Positions 37,313-47,116 of a stretch of DNA of 64,000 nt are shown piece by piece (positions within the stretch are counted from its first letter, which is position 1; each line of letters begins with the position of its first letter). The DNA comes from Nitrososphaeria archaeon (lineage in GTDB: Archaea > Thermoproteota > Nitrososphaeria > Nitrososphaerales > JAAOZN01). A program made the position numbers and the translations under genes. The notes beneath the pieces were generated by a model. It was not told the DNA's origin and ran no database searches. It saw only the letters and a list, made by a program, of their open reading frames with translations. The DNA is taken from contig JARVJZ010000002.1 in NCBI GenBank assembly GCA_029775855.1, positions 128,001-192,000 on the forward strand. Reading direction: 5' to 3'.

Positions 37313-38683
37313 ATGCTATATAAGACTAGTTCTCAATCAAGTAGGGAAACGATGAGCCAGATACTTAAGGCGATAAAATCCATATCAATAAGGGAACTTA
37401 TTTTGCTCTGGCTCGCCATTCATCTTCTCCTAATAACACAGCCTAATGCAGCGGTCTTTGACGAAGCCTACTATACTAAAGCGGCTAGAGATCTGATTCA
37501 AGGTGTAGCGAGCAATATCGAGCATCCGTTCTTAGGTAAAGCTTGGGGTGCAATTGGTATTCTGATCTTTGGGGACAACGCATTTGGCTGGAGAATAGTG
37601 ATAGTAGTCTTCGGCGCGCTACTACTCTACACCTTCTATCAGCTGGCTTGTAGGTATGTTTCTGAGCGTATGGCGCTGCTTGCAACAGCCTACCTTGGTT
37701 TTGACCATATGTTCTTTGCTCACTCAAGCCTATTTCTCCTCGAGATACCTGCGCTCTTCTTCGCAGTAGTTTCTTTCTCATACTACCTTAAGCGTAGAAT
37801 CGTTTTATCAGCAGTCTTCATGGGGATATCTATCCTAAGTAAAGAGACGAGCCTATTTCTACTCTTCACAATGATACTAATACACTTAGCGAATATGAAG
37901 ATGCCTTCGAAGCAGGATGTTCTTAAGGCTTTGAAGTTTACGCTCGTGCTTCTGGCTACTGTTGCAGTACCTATGCAGCTCTACATATCAGCCTATAGAC
38001 CTTCAGCCTCAGAGAAGATTGTGCAGGTAGTGAGCCCAGTGGTTGTAGTGGCGCCAGACGGTTCAGTGCTATCTACAACAACTACTACGACTTGGAGTAG
38101 TCAAAAAGAGTATATTAGTAATGTGTTTGAGCATTGGCGCTATATAGTGTCTTATGCGTCGAGTCTCACAACGAAGGGTTCAAACATCGGGCCTGAAAAC
38201 TTTCCTTGGAATTGGTTTATACCGACTCAGCAGAGGGAGATGATCTACTATAGGTCAGAGGTTGTTAAGAATATAACCTATTATAGTGATGGGGTGTATG
38301 TTGGCTCTAGGCTTGAGAAGTTGTATCCGATAAACTGGCGTGGCGTCTCTAATCTACCTTTGTGGTATTCTATTTGGGTTGTTGTGCCTCTCTCCATATA
38401 TCTTGCTGTAAAAAGAAGGTTAGACGAAGGGTTGGTACTATCGTTCCTATGGATAGTAGGCACATATGTTCCTCTTTTAGCAATGTCTCTAGCCTTAAAT
38501 CGAATTCAGTACCCGTTTTACTTCATAAACACGCTACCGGCTTTGGCGCTGGGTTTACCCATCGTATTCTCGAAGCTAAATGTAGATAAGGTGGTGAGGG
38601 ACTGTGTGCTCGCGATCTTCTTAGGCTGGACTATTGCTTCATTCCTAATATACTTCCCCCTTAACATCTGGGCTTTAAGTTAG
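37313..38683 (+). CDS. Protein O-mannosyltransferase-like (PMT/GT39, GT-C) glycosyltransferase
   Basis: VFDEAYY (DE motif), NIEHPFLGK, FGWR, PWNW, multi-TM; true start probably ATG 37352 downstream of TATATAAG at 37317. Confidence 0.8.
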   Translation: MLYKTSSQSSRETMSQILKAIKSISIRELILLWLAIHLLLITQPNAAVFDEAYYTKAARDLIQGVASNIEHPFLGKAWGAIGILIFGDNAFGWRIVIVVFGALLLYTFYQLACRYVSERMALLATAYLGFDHMFFAHSSLFLLEIPALFFAVVSFSYYLKRRIVLSAVFMGISILSKETSLFLLFTMILIHLANMKMPSKQDVLKALKFTLVLLATVAVPMQLYISAYRPSASEKIVQVVSPVVVVAPDGSVLSTTTTTTWSSQKEYISNVFEHWRYIVSYASSLTTKGSNIGPENFPWNWFIPTQQREMIYYRSEVVKNITYYSDGVYVGSRLEKLYPINWRGVSNLPLWYSIWVVVPLSIYLAVKRRLDEGLVLSFLWIVGTYVPLLAMSLALNRIQYPFYFINTLPALALGLPIVFSKLNVDKVVRDCVLAIFLGWTIASFLIYFPLNIWALS

Positions 38684-38739
38684 CAGATATGGTGCTACAG
38701 CCTTACCGTTTTTAACAAGATTGAGGTGGTGAATATTAG

Positions 38740-39462
38740 GTGCTGATGGATATTAGGCTCGTGTTGTGTGGCGTTATGCTCTTTGTATCAGCATACTTTG
38801 ACCTAAAGAGCAGAGAAGTAGAGGATAGACTATGGTGGATTTTTGGCGCACTAGGTTTAGCGTTAACAGCAGCGGAGGCTCTTTTAGGCTTCAACCCCAA
38901 CCAGCTTTTGATGTATCTTGCATCGACAGCAGTCTCAGGCGCTGTGGCGTTTACACTATATTACTTAGGCTTCTATGGGGGCGCTGATGCTAAAGCGCTT
39001 TTGGTCTGCGCCTTAATCACACCAATATTTGATAGACACCTTACCATACATCCATTCACACCTCTGATAATCTTGGTAAACTCAACGATTCTAACCGCAT
39101 CACTAGCAATCTACTATGGTCTCAGCAACCTTATACGCATACTTAGCGGGGAGAAGATCTTTGAAGGGCTAGAGCATGAACCAATCTACAGAAAAGCCTT
39201 AGCCAGCATATTTGGCTTCAGGGTTAAGAGTAAAGTAGGCTCATTCTATTTTCTGATGGAGAAGGAGGAATGTGGTAAAAGAAGATTCAACTTTAACCTA
39301 CTCAGAGTGGACGAAGACTTCACATCCAAAGAAGATGTTTGGGTTACTCCAGGCATACCTCTACTAGCATTTATGGCAGCTGGTTTTGTAGTTGCGGTAT
39401 TCTTTGGTGATCTACTTGCATATATCTTAAAGGCGTTAGTGATGCTCGCTACACTATTGTAG
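38740..39462 (+). CDS. Prepilin/preflagellin peptidase, family A24 (PibD/FlaK-like)
   Basis: YFDLKSREV (first Asp), GGADAK (GxGD-type), VWVTPGIPLL C-terminal motif. Confidence 0.88.
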   Translation: MLMDIRLVLCGVMLFVSAYFDLKSREVEDRLWWIFGALGLALTAAEALLGFNPNQLLMYLASTAVSGAVAFTLYYLGFYGGADAKALLVCALITPIFDRHLTIHPFTPLIILVNSTILTASLAIYYGLSNLIRILSGEKIFEGLEHEPIYRKALASIFGFRVKSKVGSFYFLMEKEECGKRRFNFNLLRVDEDFTSKEDVWVTPGIPLLAFMAAGFVVAVFFGDLLAYILKALVMLATLL

Positions 39463-40240
39463 CAGAGGGTGGAGGAAGCCTCTTATGCTCCGTTGCTCTG
39501 CACCTACTTAAGACGGAGTTAATTTTGTCAAGAGGTATGTTGAGGATGTTAGAAGCCTCCTCAGGCTTCATCTTTAAATCAAATATCGAATAGAGGATTT
39601 GGTCGATATCTTCGTAGGACATTCCTAACTCGTCTTCAGCCATCTGCCCAGCCCAAAGCCTGGGGCTACTTTTCTTAGCAACTATCCGCTTAGGCACATT
39701 AAGGTAGGAGGCGAGAAACCTAACCTGAGTCTTATATAGTTCGGCGAGAGGCAGAAGATCCACACCCCCATCACCATATTTCGTAAAGTATCCGATTAGC
39801 AGCTCACTTCTATCGCCCGTGCCTAGAACGAGTCTGTTTAATAGGTTTGCGTAGTAGTAGAGTATGCTCATTCTTATTCTAGCCCTAAGATTGCCTTCAG
39901 CGAGTCTGTGGGGCTGCAGATAATTCATATATGCTCTATGTATATTTGAGATGTCGATGGTTATGGTTTTGATCTGAAGCTCATCAGCCACAGCCTTAGC
40001 GTCTTCAACATCGTTTGATGGTGTAACTCTCGAATCTGGAAGCAGCAAACCCAGCACAGAATCTTTACCTAACGCTCTAACCGCCAGATAGGCTGCGGTT
40101 GAGGAATCTAAGCCTCCGCTCAGACCTAAAACCACGCCCGATGAGTTGGCTTCGAGAACCTTACTCTTTATGAAATCTTCGATGCCCTTACTAATCCGCT
40201 TAAAGTCTAGTTTAGTCATCTTCTCCAGCAGATCCAACAT
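39449..40240 (-). CDS. nadE: NH3-dependent NAD+ synthetase
   Basis: GLSGGLDSS, GNLRARIRM, GYFTKYGDGG, LYKTQVR, TEHKR. Confidence 0.95.
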   Translation of the reverse strand: MLDLLEKMTKLDFKRISKGIEDFIKSKVLEANSSGVVLGLSGGLDSSTAAYLAVRALGKDSVLGLLLPDSRVTPSNDVEDAKAVADELQIKTITIDISNIHRAYMNYLQPHRLAEGNLRARIRMSILYYYANLLNRLVLGTGDRSELLIGYFTKYGDGGVDLLPLAELYKTQVRFLASYLNVPKRIVAKKSSPRLWAGQMAEDELGMSYEDIDQILYSIFDLKMKPEEASNILNIPLDKINSVLSRCRATEHKRLPPPSATIV

Positions 40241-40308
40241 CTTCTACTCTCTAACCGCGCCTCTAAAAGCTTAACTTTTATCTTAGCTGCTTCAACACTT
40301 ATAAGGAT

Positions 40309-41541
40309 ATGGCTGCGCGGAGAGACCTAGCTGACAGAACATTCTGGCTGGCAAAAGAAGAAGAGATAAAGAACGCTGAGACAACAGACATATACTTCAT
40401 CAACGCAGTCAAAGCGCTTCAAGCAAAAGGTTTGAATCCAAAGGTTGTAATGGAGGTTTACTCCAGAAGCCTACCTTACACTGAGCAGTGGGCAGTGGTA
40501 GGTGGAATCTATGAAGCAGCAAAACTCCTCGAAGGACTACCTATAGATGTATACGCTATGGAAGAAGCCGAAATCTTTCTATCAGACCCTTCTACTACAC
40601 TCTACGAGCCAATTCTAAGAATAGAGGGTAGATACACCGACTTCGCACCATACGAAAACCCCCTTCTAGGCCTAATATGCACAAACACATCAATCTTAAC
40701 CAAAGCAGCTAGGATAAAGCAAGCAGCTGGAGAAAAGATGGTTCTAAGCTTCGGCACAAGAAGGACACACCCAGCCTTAGCACCAACAGTGGAAAGAGCA
40801 TCTTACATCGCTGGGCTAGATGGGTTATCAAATGTACTCGGCTCTAAACTTCTTGGGGTTAAACCAGCTGGAACTATGCCCCACGCCATGATACTCTGCT
40901 TTGGAAACCAAAAGGATGCTTGGCTAGCTTTCGACGAGACAGCTCCCAAAGATACGCCCAGAATAGCCTTGATAGATACTCTTTGGGATGAGAAAGCTGA
41001 AGCAATCTTAGCGCTTGAAACCCTAAAGGATAAGCTATGGGGTGTAAGATTAGATACACCAACATCAAGAAGAGGAAACATAAGAAAGATCGTCGAAGAA
41101 GTTAGGTGGGAACTCAACCTAAGAGGAGGCAAGAACATAAAGATCATAGTTTCAGGAGGTCTAGACGAAGATAACATTAGAACACTAAAAGATATTGTAG
41201 ACGGCTTTGGTGTCGGCACAGCAATAACCGCAGCGCCGATAATAGACTTTAACGCAAAAATTGTCGAGGTAGAAGAAGAAGGCATACTAAAACCAAGGGC
41301 AAAGCGTGGAGACCTATCTGGAGCAAAGGATGTCTACAGATTCGAAGGCACATTCAGAGACAGAGTAGTGCCTAGAGGGCAGACTATAACGGGTCCTTGG
41401 AGACCTATGTTAACGCCTCTAATAAAAAAAGGTGAAGTGGTGAGAGAATTTAAATCCCCAAGTGAGCTTAGAGCAGCGTTAAAGATGAAGATGAGTAGGC
41501 TTACTGAGGCGGAAGTTTCTCTCAGCACGCACCCTTTTTAA
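40309..41541 (+). CDS. pncB: Nicotinate phosphoribosyltransferase
   Basis: TDIYF, SFGTRRTHP, GTMPHA, LIDT, VRLDTP, VSGGLD, FGVGT; divergent from nadE. Confidence 0.9.
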   Translation: MAARRDLADRTFWLAKEEEIKNAETTDIYFINAVKALQAKGLNPKVVMEVYSRSLPYTEQWAVVGGIYEAAKLLEGLPIDVYAMEEAEIFLSDPSTTLYEPILRIEGRYTDFAPYENPLLGLICTNTSILTKAARIKQAAGEKMVLSFGTRRTHPALAPTVERASYIAGLDGLSNVLGSKLLGVKPAGTMPHAMILCFGNQKDAWLAFDETAPKDTPRIALIDTLWDEKAEAILALETLKDKLWGVRLDTPTSRRGNIRKIVEEVRWELNLRGGKNIKIIVSGGLDEDNIRTLKDIVDGFGVGTAITAAPIIDFNAKIVEVEEEGILKPRAKRGDLSGAKDVYRFEGTFRDRVVPRGQTITGPWRPMLTPLIKKGEVVREFKSPSELRAALKMKMSRLTEAEVSLSTHPF

Positions 41542-41837
41542 CCCTTCCACAGACCTATGAGTAGACCGATTATAAACGAGATAGATGTGTATGGTATGAA
41601 GTTAATCAGCGGGCCAGCTTCGCTCTGTATCAAAGGTAAGTAAGCTAGGGCTGTCTTCATCAACTCCTCCATCGAAGGCATCTGCAGATAACCTATAGCA
41701 ACGAGAACCACGAAGAGCACAACAATAGCCAAGATGAGCTTAATCGCCCTCTTAATTATAACGCCAACAATCAACCCAATTATGAAGGGTAATACAGTTG
41801 GGATTACCCAAGCTATCTCCTCTGGCACCATGCTCAT
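41538..41837 (-). CDS. Small membrane protein (FUN14-like)
   Basis: FIIGLIVGVIIKRAIK...GY...FIIGLLIG pattern. Confidence 0.6.
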   Translation of the reverse strand: MSMVPEEIAWVIPTVLPFIIGLIVGVIIKRAIKLILAIVVLFVVLVAIGYLQMPSMEELMKTALAYLPLIQSEAGPLINFIPYTSISFIIGLLIGLWKG

Positions 41838-41914
41838 TTACGCATCTGGCTCTTTACCTTAACTCTCTTATAAAAAGGTTTACAAATATATGGCTGCAAA
41901 CATAGAGACTGCTA

Positions 41915-42355
41915 ATGCGCCTATCCTTCACAGAAGAAAAGATAATGTCAGCGAAGACAGCGTTAGAAGTCATCTTCCCAAACAAAAAGACTCAAGCAGC
42001 AGCACACCTATTCATCCAATTCATAAAAGAAAACAAGGGAAAGGTGAGCAAGAGCCAAGTCAGCAGATTCGCAGATAAACTACAAAAGGGCGAACTACTC
42101 TACGAAAACAAACCCCTTAAGTATAGCAGAAGAAACTTCTACCTAACGATACTGAGAAATTTAATAGGCATGGGATTCCTGCAGAGAAATGTGCCCACTT
42201 GGGACGCCAGCAGAAGAGCAACAAACTATGTCTATGCAGTAAACCTCTTCGACATCCCAAAGAAGCCTCCCTCAGTTGGCTTCTGGAGGCTAGCATACTA
42301 TGTATGTAAGAAGTGGAATATGCTCTTCGAAGAAAACTTGCCTTCAGAAGAATAG
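41915..42355 (+). CDS. Conserved hypothetical protein, winged-helix-like
   Basis: YSRRNFYLTILRNLIGMGFL; likely start ATG 41945. Confidence 0.6.
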   Translation: MRLSFTEEKIMSAKTALEVIFPNKKTQAAAHLFIQFIKENKGKVSKSQVSRFADKLQKGELLYENKPLKYSRRNFYLTILRNLIGMGFLQRNVPTWDASRRATNYVYAVNLFDIPKKPPSVGFWRLAYYVCKKWNMLFEENLPSEE

Positions 42356-42359
42356 GCTA

Positions 42360-42602
42360 CTAAAGTGGGTCTCCTATACATTGAACTTCACCTTTAAATC
42401 GGCGTTGAAAGTTTTTGCAAGCGAAGCATTCTAGAAAGGGGACTCGCTTATTGAGAACTGGGCAGTCAACAGCCTCCTTCTTCATCTTAGCAAGCATCTT
42501 TCCGCTGGCAACACCCTTTAGACTCTCCTGTGCCTCTTTGGAGACCTTCATCGGTTTATCAAGCTCGATGACTTTAACTACATATCTATAATCTTCTGGC
42601 AT
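42360..42602 (-). CDS. Small Cys-motif (Zn-binding) hypothetical protein
   Basis: VDCP...ECFACKNFQRRFKGEVQC. Confidence 0.6.
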   Translation of the reverse strand: MPEDYRYVVKVIELDKPMKVSKEAQESLKGVASGKMLAKMKKEAVDCPVLNKRVPFLECFACKNFQRRFKGEVQCIGDPL

Positions 42603-42679
42603 ACAAGATTAGATGCTTATGATGCTTAAAAGGTTGCGGGTAAACCCTTTATCCCACCTTCTTTCTACTTATCTTAGAT

Positions 42680-44032
42680 TTGAATAAAACCACAGCGTTA
42701 GCTCTTTCATTAGCTGCCATAAGTTCGGTTGTTGTAGTTGAGGGAATAGGGGGACTGTTAACCAACAGCCTAGCTCTGCTTTCCGATGCTCTACATGCAC
42801 TATTTGACACCTTAGCCACCCTTACACTACTCGCTGCAACATACATATCTTTAAAGCCTCCAGATGAAACCCACACATACGGACATGGGAAGATCGAATC
42901 CATAGGAGGATTTGTAGGCGGGCTACTACTCTTCGCCTTAGGAATAAACATAGTATTTTCAGCCTCCAACAGACTCATCGAAGGGACACACGCTGTGGAA
43001 GCAAGCTTAGTTGGCTTCTTAGCGATTTTATACACGCTATCTGTGGATGTATTCAGAATCTTTGTGCTTCACACTTCTTTGAAGGTTGGTGAAAGCGCTA
43101 CCGTTAGAGTAGACTTATTCCACGCCTTTTCAGACCTCTCCTCCACACTTATAGCTTTAGCCGGTCTGTTTAGCGCTTCAATAAATTTTGGTGTTGGCGA
43201 CACCATAGCCGCACTTGTATTATGTTCACTGATCTTCTATCTAAGTCTAAAGACAATCTACAGAACAGGTTTAGAGCTGAGCGACGCTATCCCCCCAAGC
43301 CTATTTAATAAGGTTAAAACGGTATTCCAAACACACCCAAAAGTGGAGAAGTTCAGTAACCTAAAGATGCGTAGGGTAGGTGATAAAGTCTTTGTTGAAG
43401 TCGAGGTAACAATACCTCAAGACCTAAGCATCAGAGATGCAGACATTCTGGTAGAAGACCTTCAAAAGAGGGTTCAGGATACAGTGGGTAAGAGTGAGCT
43501 CTCTGTTAAACTAAAGCCTTCGCTCAGCAGATTAACACCTATCCAGCGTATACATCTAGCATCCGGAAAGGTGGAGGGTGTGAAAGGGGTTCATAAAGTT
43601 GCCTTGACTAATGTTAGCGGCACACTCCACATAACTTTACACATAGAAGTTGACCCTAATTTATCAAGTGAAAAGGCGCATAAAATAGCTGAAGAATTCG
43701 AAAGAGTCTTCAGCGAGGAAATAGGCGAAGTAGGCTCTGTTACCTTACATATTGAACCCGCTAAAGAGCAAAACACCGCATTTGAAGTCAAAGATAGTAA
43801 ACTAATAGAGGGTATAAGAGATATTATAATAACAAATAGCTCGGTAAAAGAAGTGAAGATGATTAGAATATACAGCGACGAAAAAAACAGATACGCAACT
43901 ATCAGATGCACACTTAAAGATAACCCCACAGTAGAAGAGGCGCATAACCTAGCAACCGAGCTTGAAAAGAAAATTAGCGAAGCATACAGAAACCTAAATG
44001 TAACGCTGCAGATAGAAGCAGAAGAGCAGTGA
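42680..44032 (+). CDS. Cation diffusion facilitator with three C-terminal dimerisation domains
   Basis: SLALLSDALHALFD, KPPDETHTYGHGKIE, HAFSD, repeated AH..A..E ZT_dimer motifs. Confidence 0.9.
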   Translation: MNKTTALALSLAAISSVVVVEGIGGLLTNSLALLSDALHALFDTLATLTLLAATYISLKPPDETHTYGHGKIESIGGFVGGLLLFALGINIVFSASNRLIEGTHAVEASLVGFLAILYTLSVDVFRIFVLHTSLKVGESATVRVDLFHAFSDLSSTLIALAGLFSASINFGVGDTIAALVLCSLIFYLSLKTIYRTGLELSDAIPPSLFNKVKTVFQTHPKVEKFSNLKMRRVGDKVFVEVEVTIPQDLSIRDADILVEDLQKRVQDTVGKSELSVKLKPSLSRLTPIQRIHLASGKVEGVKGVHKVALTNVSGTLHITLHIEVDPNLSSEKAHKIAEEFERVFSEEIGEVGSVTLHIEPAKEQNTAFEVKDSKLIEGIRDIIITNSSVKEVKMIRIYSDEKNRYATIRCTLKDNPTVEEAHNLATELEKKISEAYRNLNVTLQIEAEEQ

Positions 44033-44118
44033 ATAATTCTTAGAACGATGTGGTTTTAAATTGATTATCCACAAAATAATTTAAATACTTGTCATACCTT
44101 ATATTTGTGAAGCCAAAG

Positions 44119-44175
44119 ATGGCAAAGAAAAAGAAGAAAGCTAAAGAAAAAACAGCTGAACAAAAGAAGAAGTAA
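44119..44175 (+). CDS. Putative 18-aa Lys-rich microprotein MAKKKKKAKEKTAEQKKK
   Basis: ATG..TAA in an intergenic gap; TTTAAATA at 44080-44087 upstream; gccc-N7-gggc hairpin and T-run at 44182-44211 downstream. Confidence 0.5.
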   Translation: MAKKKKKAKEKTAEQKKK

Positions 44176-44209
44176 AACTATGCCCAAAGATAGGGCTTCC
44201 CCTCATTTT

Positions 44210-46330
44210 TTAATATAAACCGCACGCAGGCGTGGGGCATCCTCCAGCGTACTCTGAACTAGCACCAACATATTGCTCTATTGTCCTAACATCTGGTCTT
44301 TCAAGCGAGCCCAAGTAAAGCACCTGTTCGCTTTTGCTGCCATATCTGTAGACTGTTATCCCCTTGCAGCCAAGCTTATAGGCTAGCAGATAGATTTTAC
44401 GCACATCATCTGGGGTAGCCTCATTTGGAAGATTCACAGTCTTAGATACAGCGTTATCAGTATACCTTTGAAAAGCAGCCTGCATCTTCACGTGCCACTC
44501 AGGGGGCACGTCAAAAGCCGTTTGAAAGAGCTCCTTTATCTTTTCAGGTATTCCGTTTACGTTCTTTAAAGTTCCTGTCTTAGCTATTTGCAGCATAAGT
44601 TGTTCGCTGTAGAAGCCTTCTCTCTTGGCTGCTTCTTCGAAGAAGCGGTTGACTTCTAGCAGTCTAGTTCCTTCAAGCACGTTCCTCACATAGCTTACGG
44701 CAAAGATTGGTTCTATCCCGCTTGAGCAGCCCGCTATAATTGAGATGGTTCCGGTGGGTGCGATTGTAGTTACAGTAGCGTTTCTCATAGCGCTGTAGCC
44801 TTTCTTCTCCCACACGCTTCCTTTAAAGTTTGGGAAACTTCCTCTTTCTTCACCTAATTCTCGGGAACGCTCTCTACATACATCTGATATGAACTTCATG
44901 ATGTCGGAGGCGACTTGTAGGGCTTTGTCTGAAGCGTAGGGGATTCCGAGCTGTATCAACATTTCTGCGAAGCCCATTACCCCTACACCTATCTTCCTAT
45001 TTGACTTCGTTACCCGCTCAATCTTCTTCAAAGGGTATTTGTTGGCGTCTATAACATCGTCAAGAAATAGCACAGCGAGTCTAGCGACCTCCTTCAATCT
45101 ACTCCAATCTATTTTGCCATCCTTAACCATCTTCGCAAGGTTTATTGAGCCAAGGTTGCACGACTCATATGGTAAGAGCGGCTGCTCACCGCAAGGGTTT
45201 GTGCTTTCTATCCTTCCAATATGCGGAGTAGGGTTACTTTCATTTATCCTATCTATGAATATAAGACCGGGGTCTCCAGTAGCCCAAGCCATAGTTACTA
45301 TGTAGTCGAAGACGCTTCGAGCAGGCATCTTTTTGACTTCTTGGCCAGTTCTAGGGTTTATGAGGCTGTATTCTTCTCCAGCTTCTACTCTCTTCATGAA
45401 GTCGTCTGACACTGCTACCGATATGTTGAAGTTGGTTAATGTGTTTCCAGTGCTCTTACTTCCTATAAACTCCATTATATCTGGGTGTGTGACATCTAAC
45501 ACACCCATGTTAGCGCCTCTCCTTCTACCGCCTTGCTTTATTACATCAGCAGCAGCGTCAAACACACGCATGAAAGAGACAGGTCCAGAAGCTACCCCGT
45601 GTGTAGATCTTACTATATCGCCCTTCGGTCTTAGCTTTGAGAATGAGAAGCCCGTTCCTCCGCCTGACTGGTGTATGAGAGCCATATATTTTATGGCATC
45701 GAAGATACCGCGTATCGAATCTTCCACTGGTAATACGAAGCATGCTGATAGCTGCCCCATAGGAGTGCCGGCGTTCATTAGAGTAGGTGAATTGGGGAGA
45801 AATTCTAAAGAAGCCATAATGTTATAGAAGTCTTTCTCAGCCCTATTTGTGTCTCCACCGTATCTACTCTCAACCTTGGCTATACAGTGTGCTACTCGCT
45901 TGAACATCTCTGATGGTGTTTCTATAACTCTGCCCGTATCATCTCTTCTCAGATACCTTTTTTGGAGAACTATTGCTGCGTTAACTGAGAGTTTAAGGTC
46001 GTCCACTACGCCGAAGAAGCTCTTAGCAGCCCTTACTTCAGCCCTCTTCTTCCTATATAGGATGTATGCTTTAGCCGCTTCAGCTAAGCCTTCTTCTATT
46101 AAGGCTTTTTCAACTAAATCTTGCACCTCTTCTACCTTGGGTATCCTTCTGCCTAGGCTTTCCCTTAGCATAGAAATGACTTTATCAGCGATCTTTTCTG
46201 CAGTTTTACCGTCTCCTTGCTTTGTTGCTGTGAGGGCTTTTAAGACTGCGTTGACTATCTTTTCCCGTTTAAAGGCTTCTACTCTGCCATCTCGCTTTAC
46301 AATCTGCTTCGGCCAAGAGTTGCTGTCCAC
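44210..46330 (-). CDS. nrdJ: Class II (adenosylcobalamin) ribonucleotide reductase with ATP cone
   Basis: IVKRDGR ATP cone, PNSPTLMNAG, QLSACFV, TNPCGEQ, TIAPTGTIS, C-terminal CPTPAC. Confidence 0.93.
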   Translation of the reverse strand: MDSNSWPKQIVKRDGRVEAFKREKIVNAVLKALTATKQGDGKTAEKIADKVISMLRESLGRRIPKVEEVQDLVEKALIEEGLAEAAKAYILYRKKRAEVRAAKSFFGVVDDLKLSVNAAIVLQKRYLRRDDTGRVIETPSEMFKRVAHCIAKVESRYGGDTNRAEKDFYNIMASLEFLPNSPTLMNAGTPMGQLSACFVLPVEDSIRGIFDAIKYMALIHQSGGGTGFSFSKLRPKGDIVRSTHGVASGPVSFMRVFDAAADVIKQGGRRRGANMGVLDVTHPDIMEFIGSKSTGNTLTNFNISVAVSDDFMKRVEAGEEYSLINPRTGQEVKKMPARSVFDYIVTMAWATGDPGLIFIDRINESNPTPHIGRIESTNPCGEQPLLPYESCNLGSINLAKMVKDGKIDWSRLKEVARLAVLFLDDVIDANKYPLKKIERVTKSNRKIGVGVMGFAEMLIQLGIPYASDKALQVASDIMKFISDVCRERSRELGEERGSFPNFKGSVWEKKGYSAMRNATVTTIAPTGTISIIAGCSSGIEPIFAVSYVRNVLEGTRLLEVNRFFEEAAKREGFYSEQLMLQIAKTGTLKNVNGIPEKIKELFQTAFDVPPEWHVKMQAAFQRYTDNAVSKTVNLPNEATPDDVRKIYLLAYKLGCKGITVYRYGSKSEQVLYLGSLERPDVRTIEQYVGASSEYAGGCPTPACGLY

Positions 46331-46363
46331 ATTTAATTAGTTGTTATGCACTTGCTTATCAAC

Positions 46364-46744
46364 TTAAGGTGTGGCTGATAAGGTTATTACATCTCCAGCC
46401 GTTAAGGTGTTTAACAGTTCAAATCCTTTGGTGATTTGGCCTAAGTGGCTCATGCGTTGGCTTACTTGGCAGTCTTTTAGAAAGAAGCAGATGGCGCCGT
46501 TCATAGGCAAGAAGGCGATATCACCCTTCTTAAATGTTTGAGTGGGCTTCTCTAAGCCTGCTACTATATTTGTAGTGAAGTATATAAATTCGTCTCTGTA
46601 TCTTACTGCTCTTCCGCTGATGGGGAGGCTTCGCAGTATAATCCCGATGGTCATAGGTGCTTTATGCCTATGGAATTCACCTTCAGAAGCGCCTTTGCCT
46701 GCGACCTCTATTCTTATTAGTCTACGTGTGGCAGATGTCTGCAT
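46364..46744 (-). CDS. Cyclophilin-like fold protein
   Basis: APMTIGIILRSLP, GDIAFLPMNGAICFF. Confidence 0.7.
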   Translation of the reverse strand: MQTSATRRLIRIEVAGKGASEGEFHRHKAPMTIGIILRSLPISGRAVRYRDEFIYFTTNIVAGLEKPTQTFKKGDIAFLPMNGAICFFLKDCQVSQRMSHLGQITKGFELLNTLTAGDVITLSATP

Positions 46745-46959
46745 ATATTATCGACTCATGCAAGTTTTTATTCGCAAGATTTATTTCTTACCACATCTTT
46801 GCTATTGTGTTTATCGATAAAGTCTCTCTTATCCTTGTAGGCTGAATGGGGTAAGCCGTTTTACAGTTATTGCTGATTAGTGGGGTGAGGGTTGAATAGG
46901 TTATCTTTCCGCTGCTTTCCTCGTATCGCCATCTGGCATCGGAGTCCTAACTTCTTATC

Positions 46960-47116
46960 TTGTGGCGTAGGTGTCTATTAGACTAACTTACTTTAGGGTA
47001 GGTTTTCCGCTACCCCTTTATATAGTGTGGTGCAAGATGGGGGGTAGCACCACAACCAACAGCAGAAAGCCTTAAATCAAACCCAAAACCATATAATGGA
47101 GCGAGAAAAAGAGTCG
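46960..47116 (+). promoter_or_regulatory. CRISPR leader with BRE/TATA
   Basis: Non-coding, next to the first perfect repeat; GAAAGC-CTTAAAT at ~47065-47077, second TTTATATA at ~47017-47024. Confidence 0.65.

Noticed and set aside
44119-44175. Assignment of the Lys-rich microprotein to ribosomal protein eL41
   Set aside because: Lacks the KW.KKR.RRLKR Arg-rich consensus; kept as an unknown peptide
45039-46340. Long plus-strand ORFs antisense to nrdJ, and similar shadows over smc, pncB, ltaE and the GltB2-like gene
   Set aside because: Fully overlap well-supported genes on the opposite strand and have no motifs of their own
46750-46960. Possible small gene or cas remnant upstream of the CRISPR leader
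   Set aside because: Open stretches lack a start codon or any recognisable motif
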